From a virus: a stretch of 64,000 nt of DNA. Shown here in pieces: positions 1 through 10,764 of the stretch (position 1 is the first letter of the stretch; every line of letters starts with the position of its first letter). The position numbers and the translations under genes were made by a program. The notes below the pieces were generated by a model. The model did not search any database. It was not told the origin of the DNA and worked only from the letters and a program-made list of their open reading frames with translations. The stretch lies in IMG/VR virus record IMGVR_UViG_3300047323_000675. One strand, given 5' to 3'.

Positions 1-385
1 AAATGTCAGAAAGTTTTCCAACATAAGAAGAAGAAATAAGTTTTAAATTACCATTGTTTTTTTCGTAAAACAAGACATTGCAAGGCTTGTTGAGAGAACA
101 CAGTAATTCACTATCTATTTGAAAACAAATATGATAATTATTGTCATCTTCAACAAGTGGATCTTCATGCGAATTAGGTGTAACTATTCTAAATTTATAC
201 AAATCTATATATATATCTTTTGAATATATCTCATTATTATTTTCATCTACTAAAGAAAAATAATAAGCTTTGTTGCCTATTAGCTCCTTTGGGACTCCAA
301 ATTGCACCATAAAAAAATGAAAAAAAGAAATACCTTCTTGGAAGAATCTAAATCCTTTTTCTACAGAAAAAATTACATTACTCAT
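1..385 (-). CDS. Hypothetical protein, partial (runs off the window start)
   Basis: Manual translation from ATG at 385 (MSNVIFSVEKGFRFFQEG...) stays open to position 1; not in the ORF track. Confidence 0.6.
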   Translation of the reverse strand, partial: MSNVIFSVEKGFRFFQEGISFFHFFMVQFGVPKELIGNKAYYFSLVDENNNEIYSKDIYIDLYKFRIVTPNSHEDPLVEDDNNYHICFQIDSELLCSLNKPCNVLFYEKNNGNLKLISSSYVGKLSDI

Positions 386-502
386 GATTTCAAGACTTTT
401 ATTTGAAAAAAGCTTATATCGTTTAAAGATAAAAGGCAAGTATTAGTTTGACAATTATTTTTTTCTGAATATAATTTCCTAAATTTTTAAGGAATATGAG
501 CT

Positions 503-1252
503 ATGTTATTACAAGATTTATTTAAGGAAGAAAACAAAAATTTGAAATCAGCTTATTCCATTACATTAAATGATGAGTCATCTTCTGTAGAATATTCAAC
601 TCCTCCATTAAATTTAGAAGAGATTGGTTTTATATTTCGGGTTAATGAAGAAGGTGAAATAGAAGAAAATTTATTAGATGTAATTATTAATTGTGGCTTA
701 AAGAATTTACCTACTTTAGTTGAAGTTCCTAGCCAATTAATTTCCGAAGAAAAAGTTTCAGTAAAATATTTGATTCAAATGGCAAGTAATATTGGATTTT
801 TCTTAGCATTTCTTCCGCCAGGTCATGAAGAAGTAGGAAACTTAATTACTATCTCGCAATACAAAGATGTAGTTATGCAAGTTACCGAAGAGATGCTAAA
901 AAGACCTAATTTTGATAAGTTTGTTTATCCTGTTTCAAATTATTTTGAGTACTTAATGTTAGAACAAATTTTAGGCAAAGATAAGCTTGTAAATTTTAGA
1001 CCTGAAAGTGAATATATCAAAGATAATTTTTCTAATTTAATGACAAGTAAGGATAGTGACGATTTTAAATTATCTATTCGTAATCGTTTATATGATTTTT
1101 ATGGTGGAGAAAATGAATTTAATTTAGTTGCTCAAACTATTTTAGATGGTGTTTATGAAAAAAGTAAGGAAATATTTACAGATATAGTTGAGCATTCTCT
1201 TCCGGAACAAGAGGGAAATAATATTAATGAATTAAACAATGAAAATAAATAA
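503..1252 (+). CDS. Hypothetical acidic protein
   Basis: 249-aa ORF; TTGACA..TATAAT promoter upstream, AAGGA RBS, hairpin terminator at ~1263-1287. Confidence 0.8.
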   Translation: MLLQDLFKEENKNLKSAYSITLNDESSSVEYSTPPLNLEEIGFIFRVNEEGEIEENLLDVIINCGLKNLPTLVEVPSQLISEEKVSVKYLIQMASNIGFFLAFLPPGHEEVGNLITISQYKDVVMQVTEEMLKRPNFDKFVYPVSNYFEYLMLEQILGKDKLVNFRPESEYIKDNFSNLMTSKDSDDFKLSIRNRLYDFYGGENEFNLVAQTILDGVYEKSKEIFTDIVEHSLPEQEGNNINELNNENK

Positions 1253-1341
1253 ATTTTAAATTAAGAGGCTCTTTAAGGGCCTTTTTTCTTGATTTCATAA
1301 AAAAAGACACTAAAATAAATATAATATTAAGGGAAAAATAT

Positions 1342-2382
1342 ATGAAAAAAGATATACTAAGCAAATTAAGTGCTGAAACATTTAGCCAAATGGCTGCTAA
1401 TGGGGATATTTCTGATAACTTTTCAAAAGGTTTAACAGATAAATTCTTAAGTTTAGGTGTTACAACTGTTTTAGCTGGAATGATGTTTCTTTCTAGCGGA
1501 GTTGCACATGCTGATGATGTAAGAACTGGTGCAATTACTTTAAGCGGTTTATTTGGATTAATGTCTAATAATACAAAACCAAAAGATATTCCTTCGGATT
1601 GCTATGTGCAAGGAACAAGTGGAATGAAAACTGGTGGTGCTGGTGCTGTTGGTGGTTGGTTGGGTAGTAAAGTAGGCGATGGCAATGGTCAAAAAGTTGC
1701 AACTATTGCTGGAGCAATTATTGGTGTTACTGCTGCTCAGACTAGCGAAAACGATAGAATGAGAAGAGAGTGTTCTGAGCAAATGGCTTATAACAAAAAA
1801 GTTAATGGTATCCCAATGTATGCCACTAATAATAGTTCTCCACAATCACCTATTCTATATGAAGGCAGAACTGTAAATGGAAGAAGCTTTTATGTAACTA
1901 TGCAAGATAGCCCAGGTATTGCCGGATTATCTGGAAGAGTTGCTGGTGGTGCTAGTGTAGATAATGACCCAATTGTAAGAAATGCAATGGAAAAAGGTTC
2001 TGAATTATTAGCTATGTCTTATAAAAATTTAGAAAAACAAGCACAAGTATATAATAAAGTAATGAGTGGTAGAACCACTGTAGCAAAATTAACTAGATAT
2101 GCTGTAGATACAAATGATGTTGGAGCCAATTCTGAATTAAATAGGAATAACCAAGCAATGCTTGCTCAAGCTAAAAGAGAATTTGATATGGCTTATAGCG
2201 AATATTCAAGAAGGAGATCAGTATTTGCAAATGTAGCAGATAATGCAGTTGTAGATGGATTTGATATTTCTAGATATAGGGATTCATTAGAGTATTTTGT
2301 ACCGCCAGATTCAGCAACTATGACTTATAATGGTAGATTAAGTAATAGTTATGCCGTAATTCCTGCTCCTGCAAGACCATAA
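1342..2382 (+). CDS. Exported/membrane protein with glycine-zipper 2TM motif
   Basis: GAGAVGGWLGSKVGDGNGQKVATIAGAIIG matches the glycine-zipper 2TM pattern; hydrophobic segment ending AHA-DD resembles a signal peptide after a long N-region. Confidence 0.7.
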   Translation: MKKDILSKLSAETFSQMAANGDISDNFSKGLTDKFLSLGVTTVLAGMMFLSSGVAHADDVRTGAITLSGLFGLMSNNTKPKDIPSDCYVQGTSGMKTGGAGAVGGWLGSKVGDGNGQKVATIAGAIIGVTAAQTSENDRMRRECSEQMAYNKKVNGIPMYATNNSSPQSPILYEGRTVNGRSFYVTMQDSPGIAGLSGRVAGGASVDNDPIVRNAMEKGSELLAMSYKNLEKQAQVYNKVMSGRTTVAKLTRYAVDTNDVGANSELNRNNQAMLAQAKREFDMAYSEYSRRRSVFANVADNAVVDGFDISRYRDSLEYFVPPDSATMTYNGRLSNSYAVIPAPARP

Positions 2383-2415
2383 TTTATATAAAAGAAAGCC
2401 CTCACATGAGGGCTT

Positions 2416-2619
2416 TTATTTTTTCTGAACCGCATTAAAAACATTAATATTGATTGGCTTATTACAAATCTTACAATCAATTTGTTTAGGGTTATAGCAA
2501 TTATTTTCTTTATCATATGCGATAGTCACACTCATCCTTAAAAGGCAGTGTGGACACATAATAGGAAAACAATTAAATTTAGATGATCGTAGTTTATAAT
2601 AAGTTTCTATATGATTCAT
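2416..2619 (-). CDS. Small zinc-ribbon-like protein
   Basis: CPHC...CKIC pair of CxxC motifs; ends at the shared bidirectional terminator ~2395-2418. Confidence 0.55.
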   Translation of the reverse strand: MNHIETYYKLRSSKFNCFPIMCPHCLLRMSVTIAYDKENNCYNPKQIDCKICNKPININVFNAVQKK

Positions 2620-2783
2620 GTTTTGAATTAATTATGTTTTCGACAATATTAATATTTTATCTAAAAACCGAAATTATTGCAACAACTTATTAATATATTA
2701 AAACTTAATACACCATTAAATAATTTAAGCTTGACTTTAATTTATCTCTGTTATAAATTTCTTTTTAACAACTAGGTTAAAAT

Positions 2784-3254
2784 ATGCAAAATACAAATCT
2801 TGAAAATTTAATTGATGGAATAAATCATATAAGTTTAAATCACGAGGATTTATTAGATACAGTATTAGACTTTGCTAGTTTATATAGCAAACAAAATCCA
2901 AATGAAGCAACAGTAATAGATAGATTTTTCGTTTACGGGACATTTATTGACCAATCTGTAATCGCAGCAAGAGAAGCGATAGTTTTAGCAATGAATGCAA
3001 TTACTTTAAATGAACAAATAGATTTTGAAGATGTTATTAAGGGTTGTGTAAATCTTACCAATCAAAGACAAGCTGAAGATGATATTTGTGCTGATGATGA
3101 TACAAAAATTGCAATGCAACAGTTCCTTAAAGAACTAAGAAAAGAATTATTCAGCCGCTTATATTCACAAAATAAAGATTTTGACCGTTATTCCAAAATT
3201 AGTAAATCTGTTCTCAAACACCGATTTGATTTGTTTATGAATCAAACATTTTAA
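2784..3254 (+). CDS. Hypothetical protein
   Basis: 156-aa ORF with upstream TTGACT promoter-like sequence; closely coupled to the next gene. Confidence 0.75.
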   Translation: MQNTNLENLIDGINHISLNHEDLLDTVLDFASLYSKQNPNEATVIDRFFVYGTFIDQSVIAAREAIVLAMNAITLNEQIDFEDVIKGCVNLTNQRQAEDDICADDDTKIAMQQFLKELRKELFSRLYSQNKDFDRYSKISKSVLKHRFDLFMNQTF

Positions 3255-3256
3255 TA

Positions 3257-4180
3257 ATGAAAAATTTTTATTTATTCTCAATGCTTATTGCTTTGGGTGG
3301 ATTTTCACTTGTTCAAGCACAAGATACACTAAAAGATGTAATTAAAGTAGAAAAATCAGATACTTCTACAAAGAAAGAAGCAGATGATGATGTTTTATTT
3401 GTTCAAGAAGGCGAGGAAGAAAAGTCTTCAGCTAAAACATATGATAATTTTTCAATTGCAATTCAATCTAAAGATTATAAAAAAATTGATAGTTATCTAC
3501 TAAAAGGTTCTAATATTAATATAAACCTTTATAATGGCAATACAATAGTTCATATCTCAGCTTTTCATAGAGACTTAGATTTTTTACTTTTTGCTTCTGA
3601 ACGAAAAGCTAATTTAGCTCAACTTAATAATAATGATGAAAGCATTCTATATTGGGCAGCAGGAGGTCAGAGTGTTCAGTATTTAGAAGAAGCTAGAGCT
3701 ATATTAGGTAAAAATTTTAATACTTTATTAGCTAAGCAGACAAAAATAGGAAGAACACCTTTACATTCAGCAATTCTTTATTCAGCTAACTCAGATGTAA
3801 TTAAATGGCTCATTGATAATAAAGTGAATATGAATGCAAAAGATATAAACGGTAAAACAGCACTTCACTATGCTGCTGGGATGCGAAGATGGGAAGCATT
3901 AGAAGTTATGCTAAAAAAAGGAGGAAATATAAATGAAGCAGATGATGAAGGTAAAACTGTAGAAGATTATATTTTTGAAAGAATGGATGTTTTATCTGTA
4001 GATATGTTTTATCCTTATGTAAGTCCTGCCAAAAAATTATTTATAGAAGAATCTATTGGTAAAATATTCCCTGACAAACTTACTAAGCTAAATCCAAAAT
4101 ATAAACAAAATCTTTCACAGTTAAATAAACATGCTCCATTTAAAGAAGAGTTTATTGAAGGAAAAGAAGTTATAAAGTGA
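3257..4180 (+). CDS. Secreted ankyrin-repeat protein
   Basis: N-terminal signal peptide (MKNFYLFSMLIALGGFSLVQA); ankyrin motifs GNTIVHISA, GRTPLHSA, GKTALHYAA. Confidence 0.85.
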   Translation: MKNFYLFSMLIALGGFSLVQAQDTLKDVIKVEKSDTSTKKEADDDVLFVQEGEEEKSSAKTYDNFSIAIQSKDYKKIDSYLLKGSNININLYNGNTIVHISAFHRDLDFLLFASERKANLAQLNNNDESILYWAAGGQSVQYLEEARAILGKNFNTLLAKQTKIGRTPLHSAILYSANSDVIKWLIDNKVNMNAKDINGKTALHYAAGMRRWEALEVMLKKGGNINEADDEGKTVEDYIFERMDVLSVDMFYPYVSPAKKLFIEESIGKIFPDKLTKLNPKYKQNLSQLNKHAPFKEEFIEGKEVIK

Positions 4181-4438
4181 TAAAAATGTATAAATGATTG
4201 TATATCTAATCAATTAAGTAAACTAAGTTTTTCTCAACAGAAACTATGTTAAATTTCTTTAATCATTTTATAAAAATGTTTGCATAAATCTTCTTTTTTT
4301 TGTATATATACATTATTTTCTAAAACATAATGTAAATACTTATATAAATGTATGTAACTATTTGATTTAAAAACATTTATTTAGAAAATAGGAATTTTTA
4401 ATTATATTGCATAAAATTAATTATAAAAGGAAAAAAAC

Positions 4439-4918
4439 ATGAGTAAAAACAATAATTTACATGAATATGTTGAGCCAGTTTTTGCGTTAGAGTATACAAA
4501 AGAAGAAAAAGTTAAATTTGTAAAAAAAGGATTTATTTTCGGAGGGGCTACTGTTCTTTTAATGAAGTTTTTTTTCATACCTTTACTTGCTGAATTTGCT
4601 AGTGTCGCACATAATATAAATTTTTTAGGTATATCTGGAACAACAATACTACTAGTTGGAATATTTTTAGGTGTTCCAATATTATCAGGAATAATACTTC
4701 TTCCAATATTTAAAGTAGCTATAAAAAGTATACAGCAAAAACAATATCCACCTAAAGAACTTAAAGTTTTTCAAAAAACAAGAATAATTAAAGGAAAAAA
4801 AGCAATTGCCAAAGCGGTTATTATTTTGCTATTATATTTTGTTGCAATAATTCCCGTAACTATTTTCGGATATAGCAGTTTAAATATTATGCTTAATAAC
4901 AGGAATAGTGGCAAATAA
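4439..4918 (+). CDS. Membrane protein (3 predicted TM segments)
   Basis: Three hydrophobic stretches; YPP-x-x-KVF motif. Confidence 0.75.
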   Translation: MSKNNNLHEYVEPVFALEYTKEEKVKFVKKGFIFGGATVLLMKFFFIPLLAEFASVAHNINFLGISGTTILLVGIFLGVPILSGIILLPIFKVAIKSIQQKQYPPKELKVFQKTRIIKGKKAIAKAVIILLLYFVAIIPVTIFGYSSLNIMLNNRNSGK

Positions 4919-4949
4919 AAATATTATTATGAAAAGGAAAATATAAATA

Positions 4950-5906
4950 ATGAAGCAATTAAAAAAACAAAAACATCAATTAGTAATTTTAGGTAGTGGT
5001 CCTGCTGGTTGGACTGCTGCAATCTATGCTGCTCGTGCAGGATTAAAGCCTGTTGTTATTTCAGGATTTTCAAAAGGTGGTCAGTTAATGACTACTACCG
5101 ATGTTGAAAATTGGCCAGGAGAAAAAGCTGTAGAGGGACCAGAACTAATTTCTAATTTAGAAGCACATGCGGTTCACTTTGGAACCCAACTCATTGAAGA
5201 TCATATTGATAGAGTAGATTTTTCAAAAAAACCATTTAAGTTATTTAGTCATGAAGCTGAATATGAATGTGATGCAGTTATTATATGTACAGGTGCTAAT
5301 GCAAAATATCTTGGTTTAGATAGTGAACAAGAGTTTTTAGGTCGTGGTGTATCAGGATGTGCTACTTGTGATGGTTTCTTCTATCGTAATGATGAAGTAG
5401 CTGTTGTAGGTGGAGGTAATACTGCGGTTGAGGAAGCAATTTATTTATCTAACATTGCGTCTAAAGTACATTTAGTTCATAGGAGAGATACATTTAAAGC
5501 GGAAAAAATTATGATTGATCGCCTACAAAGAAGAATTGATCAAGGCCTTGTTGAACTACACTTAGATAGTGAAGTAAATGAAGTTAAAGGTGATGAGACA
5601 GGTGTTACATCGTTAGAGATTAAAAATACAAAAAGTGGCGACACTAAGGATATTCCATTAAGAGGTGTATTTATTGCTATTGGTCATTCACCTAACACTT
5701 TAATTTTTAAAGGTCATTTAGAATTAGATAAAAATGGTTATATTCTAACTAAAAAAGCATCTAACCATGTTACTCAAACAAGTATTCGTGGAGTATTTGC
5801 TGCTGGTGATGTTCAAGACAATATCTATCGTCAAGCAATTACGAGTGCTGGTGCAGGTTGCCAGGCAGCATTAGATGCAATTGAATACTTAGAAGGATTA
5901 AATTGA
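4950..5906 (+). CDS. trxB: Thioredoxin-disulfide reductase
   Basis: GSGPAG FAD motif, CATCDG redox centre, [15 protein letters not shown] motif, C-terminal [17 protein letters not shown]. Confidence 0.97.
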   Translation: MKQLKKQKHQLVILGSGPAGWTAAIYAARAGLKPVVISGFSKGGQLMTTTDVENWPGEKAVEGPELISNLEAHAVHFGTQLIEDHIDRVDFSKKPFKLFSHEAEYECDAVIICTGANAKYLGLDSEQEFLGRGVSGCATCDGFFYRNDEVAVVGGGNTAVEEAIYLSNIASKVHLVHRRDTFKAEKIMIDRLQRRIDQGLVELHLDSEVNEVKGDETGVTSLEIKNTKSGDTKDIPLRGVFIAIGHSPNTLIFKGHLELDKNGYILTKKASNHVTQTSIRGVFAAGDVQDNIYRQAITSAGAGCQAALDAIEYLEGLN

Positions 5907-5963
5907 TTAATCTATAAAATATAAAAAGCTCAGAATTTACTGGGCTTTTTTTTTAAATTTAAT

Positions 5964-6488
5964 TTGTTAAAATATAAGTACACTATTTGGGAATTAAAAA
6001 TGGAATATAAATTGGAAGATCTATCTATTCATCCTAAAATATTAGCAGAGAATAAATATAATAAATTTAATGATAGCACTAAAAGATATAACGAAGAATA
6101 TATGGAGTCATGGCAAAAAACCATTTATAACGATTATGGAAAAGCTTATTTCATAAATTTTAATTTTTATAATATGACTCATATTTATTCGCAACATAAG
6201 ATAAAAGGAAATCCATATTCTTGGGAAGCCGATTTACAGTTTAATTCACTTGATAATGATATGACAGTAAATATCAAAGTTTTTGGAACTCATCGTAATT
6301 TGCATTCTGTGGAAAATTTTTGTGAAAAAATGTTTAATCAAATGCAGTTTAAAAATTATGATTATTACAGTGATGAAGATGAGTATAAGCATAAAAAAGG
6401 TTTAGAAGTTATTAATGATGTAAATGAATTAGAAAAAGAACTGCCAAAATCAAATACTAAGAAAAAGAATACAAAAAGAAAAATTTAA
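5964..6488 (+). CDS. Hypothetical protein with basic C-terminal tail (likely ATG start at 6000)
   Basis: ORF followed by terminator; ends ELEKELPKSNTKKKNTKRKI. Confidence 0.75.
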   Translation: MLKYKYTIWELKMEYKLEDLSIHPKILAENKYNKFNDSTKRYNEEYMESWQKTIYNDYGKAYFINFNFYNMTHIYSQHKIKGNPYSWEADLQFNSLDNDMTVNIKVFGTHRNLHSVENFCEKMFNQMQFKNYDYYSDEDEYKHKKGLEVINDVNELEKELPKSNTKKKNTKRKI

Positions 6489-6558
6489 AAAGGCTCCGTA
6501 AGGGGCTTTTCTTTTATATATATTTTAATATTCTTAACTTATATTAAAATATATACAT

Positions 6559-7017
6559 ATGAAAAATAGATTAATTATTCAAAAAACAGATTCTGATTGT
6601 GGATTAGCTTGTATTACTATGATAGCAGAATGCCCATATGAAGAAGTATTATCTAATTTTATGAAATTAGGATTATATGGGAAACATAACAAAACTCGTC
6701 CTTATGCTACTAATTTTAAAGATGTAAAAAGTATTTTATCTAGCTTAGGCTTTGAAGGAAAAGTGAAAAAATTTAAAACTTGGGATGAAATTAATTGTCC
6801 ATCAATTGTAAAAATTCCCAATGGTAGAAAACGCTCTTTTCATTGGATTGTTGCAATACCACATTCTGAGCATAAAGTAGTAATATATGATCCATGTTTT
6901 GAATTTTTAAGTTATTTTGAAAATCCGCCATTAGATGAAGCATATATTGATCCTAATAATTTTATGGGAAAATTTAAACCAAATGGTTCATTTATTGCAT
7001 GCCAAAAAATAAAATGA
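6559..7017 (+). CDS. C39-like (papain-fold) cysteine peptidase
   Basis: QKTDSDCGLAC catalytic Cys motif, HWIV His and IYDP Asp motifs. Confidence 0.8.
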   Translation: MKNRLIIQKTDSDCGLACITMIAECPYEEVLSNFMKLGLYGKHNKTRPYATNFKDVKSILSSLGFEGKVKKFKTWDEINCPSIVKIPNGRKRSFHWIVAIPHSEHKVVIYDPCFEFLSYFENPPLDEAYIDPNNFMGKFKPNGSFIACQKIK

Positions 7018-7150
7018 TATGACTTAAGTTATCTAGACTTCATGTTAAAAATTGATATAATTAAATAATTAATAAGCTGAAATAATGAAGTTGAAAAATT
7101 ATAAAAAATTTAATAATAAAAAAATCAAATAAAAGAAAGTATAGAAACAA

Positions 7151-7564
7151 ATGCAGAAAAAGATTATCCCAATAGAAGAACAATTAAGTTATTATTTAAG
7201 AGAAGGAAGTGGAATATTTGCATATGCTTTAGCAAAGTTATTTAATCAAGGGAAAATTTATATCCTTTCAGATTTATATGGCGAGGATTGGAGTGATGAT
7301 ATACCATATGAAGTAACACATGTTTATTTCTCACCAGATAGAAAAATATTAATAGATGCTAAAGGTCGTAGAACTGAATCTGCAATGGCGAAAGATTTTG
7401 CTTTGGCAGGAGGAAATTATAAAATAATTGGCGGATTTGAACCAAATGATTTTAAGAAACATTTCATGGGGTCATCTAATAAATATCCATTATTTGGGAA
7501 AAACTCTGATATAATACTAGCTCAAGAATTAATAAAGAAATACTCAAACATTTACTTATTATAA
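7151..7564 (+). CDS. Hypothetical protein
   Basis: 137-aa ORF; HVY...IDAKG motif. Confidence 0.7.
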   Translation: MQKKIIPIEEQLSYYLREGSGIFAYALAKLFNQGKIYILSDLYGEDWSDDIPYEVTHVYFSPDRKILIDAKGRRTESAMAKDFALAGGNYKIIGGFEPNDFKKHFMGSSNKYPLFGKNSDIILAQELIKKYSNIYLL

Positions 7565-7568
7565 GAGG

Positions 7569-7865
7569 ATGTATATGATTTATAAACTTGGAAATGGCGA
7601 AGATCTTAATCGAGAAAATCCTGATACTTTTTATATTCCGACAAGAGAAGAAAGAGAATCTATTAAAGAAGGTGACACCGTAAAGCTTATGTTTATTTTT
7701 GAAGATGAAAATGCAATGACAGAAAGAATGTGGGTACAAGTTGTGTCAAAAGCTGGTAATCAATATAAAGGTTTTTTAGATAATGTTCCTTATTCAACAG
7801 ATTCAATAAAAGCAGGCGATGAAGTTATTTTTTCTCCTGAACATATTATTCAAATTTATTCTTAA
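7569..7865 (+). CDS. DUF2314/YegJ-like small protein (likely start 7575)
   Basis: ERMWVQV...YKGFLDNVP...GDEVIF pattern recalled for this family; AGAGG RBS. Confidence 0.6.
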   Translation: MYMIYKLGNGEDLNRENPDTFYIPTREERESIKEGDTVKLMFIFEDENAMTERMWVQVVSKAGNQYKGFLDNVPYSTDSIKAGDEVIFSPEHIIQIYS

Positions 7866-7893
7866 AAAAAGCCCTCAACTGAGGGCTTTTTTA

Positions 7894-8241
7894 TTACATG
7901 ACTCCAAAAAATATATCAATAAATAAAGCATATATAATTAATACTTGTTCTTGACTGATATTTTTCCAATCTAAATTATTGCGAGAATCAAGTATTTGAA
8001 ATTCCTTCATTTTACTATTCAAATAATTAATTTTAACTGAAGTATTTTTCTTTGTGCTTTCATCTTCAGGATTAACAAAAGATTCATATACACAAATATT
8101 ATCTATATGAGGCCACATTTGGATACATTTACTCGAAATAGTTTGATTCGCAAGCAAAATTGCATTAATTTGCTGTAAATCCTTTTTTAAATGGTAAGAG
8201 GTGCTTCTTTTGCTAGTATTTGTATTGTTAATATTGCTCAT
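7894..8241 (-). CDS. Hypothetical protein
   Basis: 115-aa ORF ending at a bidirectional terminator ~7866-7892. Confidence 0.6.
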   Translation of the reverse strand: MSNINNTNTSKRSTSYHLKKDLQQINAILLANQTISSKCIQMWPHIDNICVYESFVNPEDESTKKNTSVKINYLNSKMKEFQILDSRNNLDWKNISQEQVLIIYALFIDIFFGVM

Positions 8242-8402
8242 GTTTAGTTATTCAAAATTTGAGTAACAATATAGTAGGAAAGAAATAAAGTCAAGATGTC
8301 AACAAGCTTATGTTTATAGGTTTAATTAAGAATAGTGAGCTTCATTTCTATTAACAATAATATAAATTTGTAATTTAATTTGAGCTTGCTACAATAATAG
8401 TA

Positions 8403-9149
8403 ATGGTGGAGAAATTATATATGAAAATTTTAAAAATGAATTGGGCAAAAACTTCTTGGTTAAGACAAGGCTCTTATGGTAATGATTCTTTATTATCATT
8501 TGATTGTTTTATTCCTAAAGATATATTTGAGATAATTAAACCTTCATTTGAAGGCTATATACAAAAAAATGAAAAGAAAACTGCTGTATATAATTTAAAT
8601 GTTATTAGTTCCTTACTTGAAAAGGATCTACAAGTTGAAGTAGACGGTGTAAATATAAATAAAGATGATTTCTATAACCATAAAATGAGAGTTATTGGAT
8701 TATTTGAAAAAAGTACAAATGAAGTAGTCTCAAATTTAGCTAAATTATATAATCAGGAGCTAAAAAATAAAAAATTTAAAGAAGAAGTATCAAAAACAGT
8801 TAATGATATTTTTGGAAATAAGTATTTCATGGAATTATCAATAGGAGTTAAAGTTCCTGAAGATGCAAATTTTGAAAAAATAAATGTAGGTGGGGTGGAG
8901 TACAATATAGATTTTAAATATGGTGTTCAAGAGTCTACCCAATGGGAGGAAGTTTCTCATGAAAACTTTCAAGGAAAATTTGTTTATAGAGCTATACCAA
9001 ACAAAAATAAATTACCAGAATTAAGAGCATTTTTAGAAGAGGCGAAAAATTATGTTAACAATTCTTTAATTGATGAAAATAGCAAATGGTTGCCAGGATT
9101 TGATGCTGCAACTTTTGAACCAAAGAAAAAATTTAGTCCCAAAAAATAA
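8403..9149 (+). CDS. Hypothetical protein
   Basis: 248-aa ORF followed by a hairpin at ~9171-9205. Confidence 0.75.
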   Translation: MVEKLYMKILKMNWAKTSWLRQGSYGNDSLLSFDCFIPKDIFEIIKPSFEGYIQKNEKKTAVYNLNVISSLLEKDLQVEVDGVNINKDDFYNHKMRVIGLFEKSTNEVVSNLAKLYNQELKNKKFKEEVSKTVNDIFGNKYFMELSIGVKVPEDANFEKINVGGVEYNIDFKYGVQESTQWEEVSHENFQGKFVYRAIPNKNKLPELRAFLEEAKNYVNNSLIDENSKWLPGFDAATFEPKKKFSPKK

Positions 9150-9304
9150 AAATCAATATTATCTTTTAAATAAAGCCAAACTTTTTAAATTTGTTTGGCT
9201 TTATTTTTTATTTAAAAAGTTGACAAAATTATAACAAAACTTTATTTGATTCAAATATTTAATTATATCAAAGTATGTTTTTTAAGCTACCCTTTTTACA
9301 AGCA

Positions 9305-9324
9305 TACTGTAAGTATTTACACTA
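9305..9324 (+). promoter_or_regulatory. lux box upstream of luxI
   Basis: TACTGTAAGTATTTACACTA = NN-CTG-N10-CAC-NN imperfect palindrome; centred ~41-42 nt upstream of the start implied by the -10 TATTAT at 9343-9348. Confidence 0.7.
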
Positions 9325-9389
9325 ATCTATAAGCCGGATTTATATTATATCTTAAATAACAAAAACAATAGTAAGCGAAAGGATATAGT

Positions 9390-9986
9390 ATGAAGTATGA
9401 AATTATAAGAAATGGTGATAATTTATTTAAAAAATATGAAGCTGATATTTATAAGCTTAGATATAAAGTCTTTAAAGAAATATTAAATTGGAAAGTTGAT
9501 ACAGTAGATGGTGATAAAGAAATAGATTATTTTGATTCTTTAGATGATTTACACTATGTAATTACTTTAGATGATGATGGAACTTTAGTAGGATGTATGA
9601 GATTACTTCCAACAATAAATGATTATATGTTAGAAAAAGTTTTTCCTAATTTATTAGATAATCAAAATATACCTAAAGAAGAAAAAATATGGGAAATAAG
9701 CAGATTTGCAATAGACCCTGATTATCAAAGACAAACAAACATGTTAGCCTTTAATAAAGCAACTCTTTTATTAATGAAAGGAATGTGTGAGTTTTCTAAA
9801 AATCAAAATATTGATTCATATGTAGCAGTAACAACTGATAGAATGGATAGAATGCTCAAAAAACTTAAAATGGATTCACAAATGTTAGGTAAAAAATTAG
9901 CAATGGAAGATTGTAATGTCGTTACACTTCAATTAAATATGAATAATAACAGTTTTAATGCAGTTGAAGAAGCACTTACAAACTAA
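9390..9986 (+). CDS. luxI: Acyl-homoserine-lactone synthase (LuxI family)
   Basis: LRYKVFKEILNW, EIDYFD, GCMRLLPT, WEISRFAI motifs. Confidence 0.95.
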   Translation: MKYEIIRNGDNLFKKYEADIYKLRYKVFKEILNWKVDTVDGDKEIDYFDSLDDLHYVITLDDDGTLVGCMRLLPTINDYMLEKVFPNLLDNQNIPKEEKIWEISRFAIDPDYQRQTNMLAFNKATLLLMKGMCEFSKNQNIDSYVAVTTDRMDRMLKKLKMDSQMLGKKLAMEDCNVVTLQLNMNNNSFNAVEEALTN

Positions 9987-10671
9987 TCATGTTTTTAGTA
10001 ATAGCTAAAGAAATAATTTGATTTTTAGATACACAATTAAATTTTTTCTTTAGCTTTTCGCTATAATCAACACAAGTTCGATAAGAAATATTCATTATAA
10101 TAGAAATTTCTTCCATTGTTTTACCAATTGCTAACCACTTGAGAAATTCGGTTTCTCTTGGTGTTAGTCTTGGATTTTGGAAAAAGTCATGTTTACTTAC
10201 TTCTAATTCAAAAATTTTATGATGAATAAATGGAACTATTGCATTAATATATAACATTGCCTCAAAAGGTATCTTTTTCTTTCCTGCAATAGCAAATAAC
10301 CCTTTTTCGCCACGAGGACCATGAATAGGAAATGTTATGCCATTAGGAATTCCTGCATCGCTAGATTCTTCTCTTAATTTTGCACAATTTTGAAATAATT
10401 CATCAGACCATTCAATTGGTTGAACATTTTGAAAAGCATATGCAATGGTTGCATCATTAAGATAATACTTATTTTTTTTGTAATGATTGATCCAAGATTC
10501 AGAACAACCAGAAAATATATATGGTTCCTCATTAGTTATGATGCTAGGTGCCTTAATCCCATAATTGAATTCATTAACACCATAAAAATTAATGTTTTTC
10601 AAAATTAATTCCTTAACTTCATTCATTGAAGAAGCTGTTGCAAGATCCTGCATAAAATTGATATTTACCAT
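9976..10671 (-). CDS. luxR: AHL-binding LuxR-family transcription regulator
   Basis: Autoinducer-binding domain (W..HY....YY..D.......P..W, GITFPIHG) plus C-terminal HTH (LTPRETEFLKWLAIGKT.EEI); convergent with luxI, 11-bp overlap. Confidence 0.95.
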   Translation of the reverse strand: MVNINFMQDLATASSMNEVKELILKNINFYGVNEFNYGIKAPSIITNEEPYIFSGCSESWINHYKKNKYYLNDATIAYAFQNVQPIEWSDELFQNCAKLREESSDAGIPNGITFPIHGPRGEKGLFAIAGKKKIPFEAMLYINAIVPFIHHKIFELEVSKHDFFQNPRLTPRETEFLKWLAIGKTMEEISIIMNISYRTCVDYSEKLKKKFNCVSKNQIISLAITKNMISL

Positions 10672-10744
10672 ATACTCTTAAAATTTACTTTTATAATTAT
10701 TAAACAATTCTATAATATCTTATTGATTTAATCAAGAAAGGAAA

Positions 10745-10764
10745 GACTGCATATTTTTACAGTA
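10745..10764. promoter_or_regulatory. lux box upstream of luxR
   Basis: GACTGCATATTTTTACAGTA = exact NN-CTG-N10-CAG-NN; ~74 nt upstream of the luxR start. Confidence 0.7.
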
